From an uncultured Candidatus Rokubacteria bacterium (GTDB lineage Bacteria > Methylomirabilota > Methylomirabilia > Rokubacteriales > DASRDR01): DNA of 64,000 bases. Both the position numbers and the translations under genes were made by a program. Position 1 is the stretch's first letter. Every line of letters starts with the position of its first letter. Shown piece by piece: positions 61,842 through 64,000 of this stretch. The notes beneath the pieces were generated by a model, which was given only the letters and a program-made list of their open reading frames with translations, ran no database searches and was not told where the DNA came from. The stretch covers positions 64,001 to 128,000 of the forward strand of contig CAWGVS010000011.1 of NCBI GenBank assembly GCA_963826115.1, read 5' to 3'.

Positions 61842-63685
61842 CTCATGAAGCGCTCGTAGCGCCCGTACTCCCGCGTCGCGTCCATGAACCACTGCACGAT
61901 CTCCGGCTTGGAGCGTGGCGGGATCTCGCACGACGTCGACAGGATGAAGCCCGAATGCCGGGCGGCCGTGTCGATGCACCGTCGCACCTCGGCCTCGATC
62001 TGGGCCTGCGTGGCGCGCTCGAACAGGGTGGCGTCGACGTTGCCGATCGCGATCGCCCGTCCCCGCGCCACCTCCATGAACCGCGCGAGCTGGTCCACGT
62101 GGAGCTTCGGATCGGCCTGCTGGTCGAGGTCGAAGGACACGGTGCTGAAGCCGCAGCCGATCAGGTCCTCGTAGATGGGGTAGGTGGTGCCGCAGATGTG
62201 GGTCGTGAGGCCCACCTTCTTCGCCTTGAAGTGGTCGACCAGCTCCTTGTGGTACGGCGCGATGAACTCCCGGTAGTTGTCGGGGGAGATGAGGCTGATC
62301 GACGCGGTCGGCTCCGAGAACGACAGGCCGATCTTGGTCTTCACGATCGCGTCGCCCCAGCGCTTGCAGTACTCGGTCGCGAACCGCATCAGGTCGTGGA
62401 TGAACTGGGGGTCCTCGAAGGTGTCGAGGAGCATCACCTCGGGGTTGCGCATGAGCATGGCGATGGTCCAGGGGCCCACCGCCACGGCGCCGACCGCCGT
62501 CGGGAACTTGGCCGCGACCAGCCCCTCGCAGAGCTCGAGGAACCCGGGCAGCCGCGCGTCCTTGAGCGGATCCGGGATCTCCAGGCGCGCCAGCGCGCCC
62601 TTGTCCTCCTGGAGGACGTGGCTCTCGATGGACGGGACGACGTAGTCGGAGTACTTGACCCCGCACCCCGTCGCCTCCGCCTCCTTCGCGAGGTCGTTGT
62701 ACGCGAGCACCACGTCCGGCTGGTACCGGTCGTAGTAGTTCAGCATCGCCTTGATGGCCTTGGACGGGTTCGTGCAGTACTCCTCGATCGACAGCCCGTC
62801 GAGGGTCCCGGCGAAGGACGCGACGATCGGGTACACGGGGACCCGGTCGGTGAAGCTCCGCTTGTACGCGGCGACGACGTGGTCGCGCCCGGTGTAGGCG
62901 CCTCGCCCGCGCTCCGCGTCCCAGAGGCGGTTCACCTCCATGTACCTCGGCGGCAGCTTGGCCTCGTACTCCATGAACTGGGTGATCGGGTAGCGGATGC
63001 CGCCCCGGTGCGTGCCCTCCAGACCTTCGACGATGTCGGCGATCCGGGCCCAGGGAATCGCGAATGCCATCTCGTGGTCCTGCGTCTGCCCGAAGATGCG
63101 GTCGCCGGAGCAGGGGAGGATCACCTGCGACTGGCCGGTCTGCATCGTCGTCACGATGATGTCGGAGCAGACGATGCGCCCCTGGAACGAGGACGCGAGG
63201 CGGCCGCCGGTCTTCCAGAGCGACGCCTGGGTCAGCCGCATGACCTGGGCCGGGTTCGCGTAGACGACGACGACGTCGGGCTCGAACGTCGCGCGGTCGA
63301 GCGGGGCGACCAGGAGGGCGTGGTACTCGCCCGGCTGGAACTTGTCCACCGCCGCCTCGGAGCGCGCGCCCGCCTCCTTGGTCGCCGTGTACATGCCCTC
63401 GCAGAGGGTCCCCGAGTTGTAGAGGTGGGTCGGCCGGTCGAAGCCGAGGGCCGTGATCCCGAGCGAGCAGATGCTGTCGTCGCGGGTGAGCGCGATGGTC
63501 CAGCCGTACCGCCGGGCCATGTCGATGACCTGGCAGTTCATCGAGAGCTTCCCGAAGTCCCGGGCCGGCCGCCGCGCGCGCTCCGGGATGGTCTCGCCGG
63601 GGCGCAGCATCCGGATCGCGACCGGGAAGGTCTGCGGCCGGACGTAGGTCTGGATCGCCTGATCGGCGGTCTTGGTGTCCACCAT
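61838..63685 (-). CDS. DUF169 domain fused to a UroD/MtaA-like methylcobamide methyltransferase domain
   Basis: N-terminal FPVAI, NCQ, ICSLG, NPAQVMRL, PCSGDR; C-terminal GPWT, EPTAS, THICG, GNVD, STSCEIP. Confidence 0.85.
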   Translation of the reverse strand: MVDTKTADQAIQTYVRPQTFPVAIRMLRPGETIPERARRPARDFGKLSMNCQVIDMARRYGWTIALTRDDSICSLGITALGFDRPTHLYNSGTLCEGMYTATKEAGARSEAAVDKFQPGEYHALLVAPLDRATFEPDVVVVYANPAQVMRLTQASLWKTGGRLASSFQGRIVCSDIIVTTMQTGQSQVILPCSGDRIFGQTQDHEMAFAIPWARIADIVEGLEGTHRGGIRYPITQFMEYEAKLPPRYMEVNRLWDAERGRGAYTGRDHVVAAYKRSFTDRVPVYPIVASFAGTLDGLSIEEYCTNPSKAIKAMLNYYDRYQPDVVLAYNDLAKEAEATGCGVKYSDYVVPSIESHVLQEDKGALARLEIPDPLKDARLPGFLELCEGLVAAKFPTAVGAVAVGPWTIAMLMRNPEVMLLDTFEDPQFIHDLMRFATEYCKRWGDAIVKTKIGLSFSEPTASISLISPDNYREFIAPYHKELVDHFKAKKVGLTTHICGTTYPIYEDLIGCGFSTVSFDLDQQADPKLHVDQLARFMEVARGRAIAIGNVDATLFERATQAQIEAEVRRCIDTAARHSGFILSTSCEIPPRSKPEIVQWFMDATREYGRYERFMS

Positions 63686-63745
63686 GCGGGTCCCTCCGGA
63701 CGCGGTGCCGGCCGCCTTCGAGAGCGCCGTGTTCCGGTCGCTGCG

Positions 63746-63774
63746 AGCCTACCCGTGGGGTGGGGTCCTGTCAA
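63746..63774 (-). promoter_or_regulatory. Sigma70-type promoter for the DUF169 fusion gene
   Basis: Reverse strand TTGACA-N17-TAGGCT. Confidence 0.65.
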
Positions 63775-63841
63775 CAAACACGCCCCCTTGCGTGGCGGAT
63801 GGCGAGCGACGATGCTGGCTCCGGACGAGCCGGAAGGACAC

Positions 63842-64000
63842 ATGAGGATTCGAGTGACGACGAGGCGTCTCGGCGGGCGCGCGGCCGCGCCGGCGATCGC
63901 CGGCCTGCTGGTGGCGTCGTGGCTCTCGGCGGCGCCCGGCATCGCGGCGCCGGCGGCGCCGGAGATCGGTCGACCCGCGCCGAACTTCGCCCTGACCACT
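63842..64000 (+). CDS. N-terminus of an exported thioredoxin-fold protein (redoxin/SCO-like), truncated by window end
   Basis: AAGGA RBS, signal peptide, then EIGRPAPNFALTT. Confidence 0.65.
   Translation, partial: MRIRVTTRRLGGRAAAPAIAGLLVASWLSAAPGIAAPAAPEIGRPAPNFALTT

Noticed and set aside
1-64000. tRNA (including tRNA-Sec), rRNA, riboswitches, integrase or transposase
   Set aside because: None recognised by eye; intergenic gaps are short. A covariance-model scan would be needed to exclude small RNAs, e.g. in 58423-58626

Overview
A very GC-rich, gene-dense bacterial window. Gene content and style suggest Candidatus Rokubacteria/Methylomirabilota or a similar soil lineage, but that is inference only. 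It holds about 60 protein genes; I saw no rRNA, tRNA, CRISPR array or transposase. Content: a type III PKS cluster preceded by a thiolase/DUF35 pair, split corrinoid/homocysteine methyltransferase genes, a ~1900-aa LamG-PQQ dehydrogenase-10x Calx-beta secreted protein, two peptide/nickel-type ABC importer operons with embedded catabolic enzymes, a CHASE2 adenylate cyclase-FecR-beta-barrel-twin lipoprotein operon, aroK, a yitJ-like gene, msrPQ, lysA and a DUF169-methylcobamide methyltransferase fusion. Three signals not explained by the ORF track stand out. (1) Intergenic gaps in operons are bridged by tiny ORFs chained by 4-nt GTGA/ATGA stop-start overlaps, including a 56-bp tandem repeat in which each unit is one 19-codon coupled mini-ORF with only synonymous variation. 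(2) Two AhpD-like genes are split by an in-frame TGA in a CxxU motif, each with a 7-bp hairpin exactly 11 nt downstream (probable selenoproteins), one between msrP and msrQ. (3) A putative trans-envelope cAMP signalling operon carries duplicated lipoproteins with swapped C-terminal domains. All calls come from reading motifs by eye; no database searches were run.
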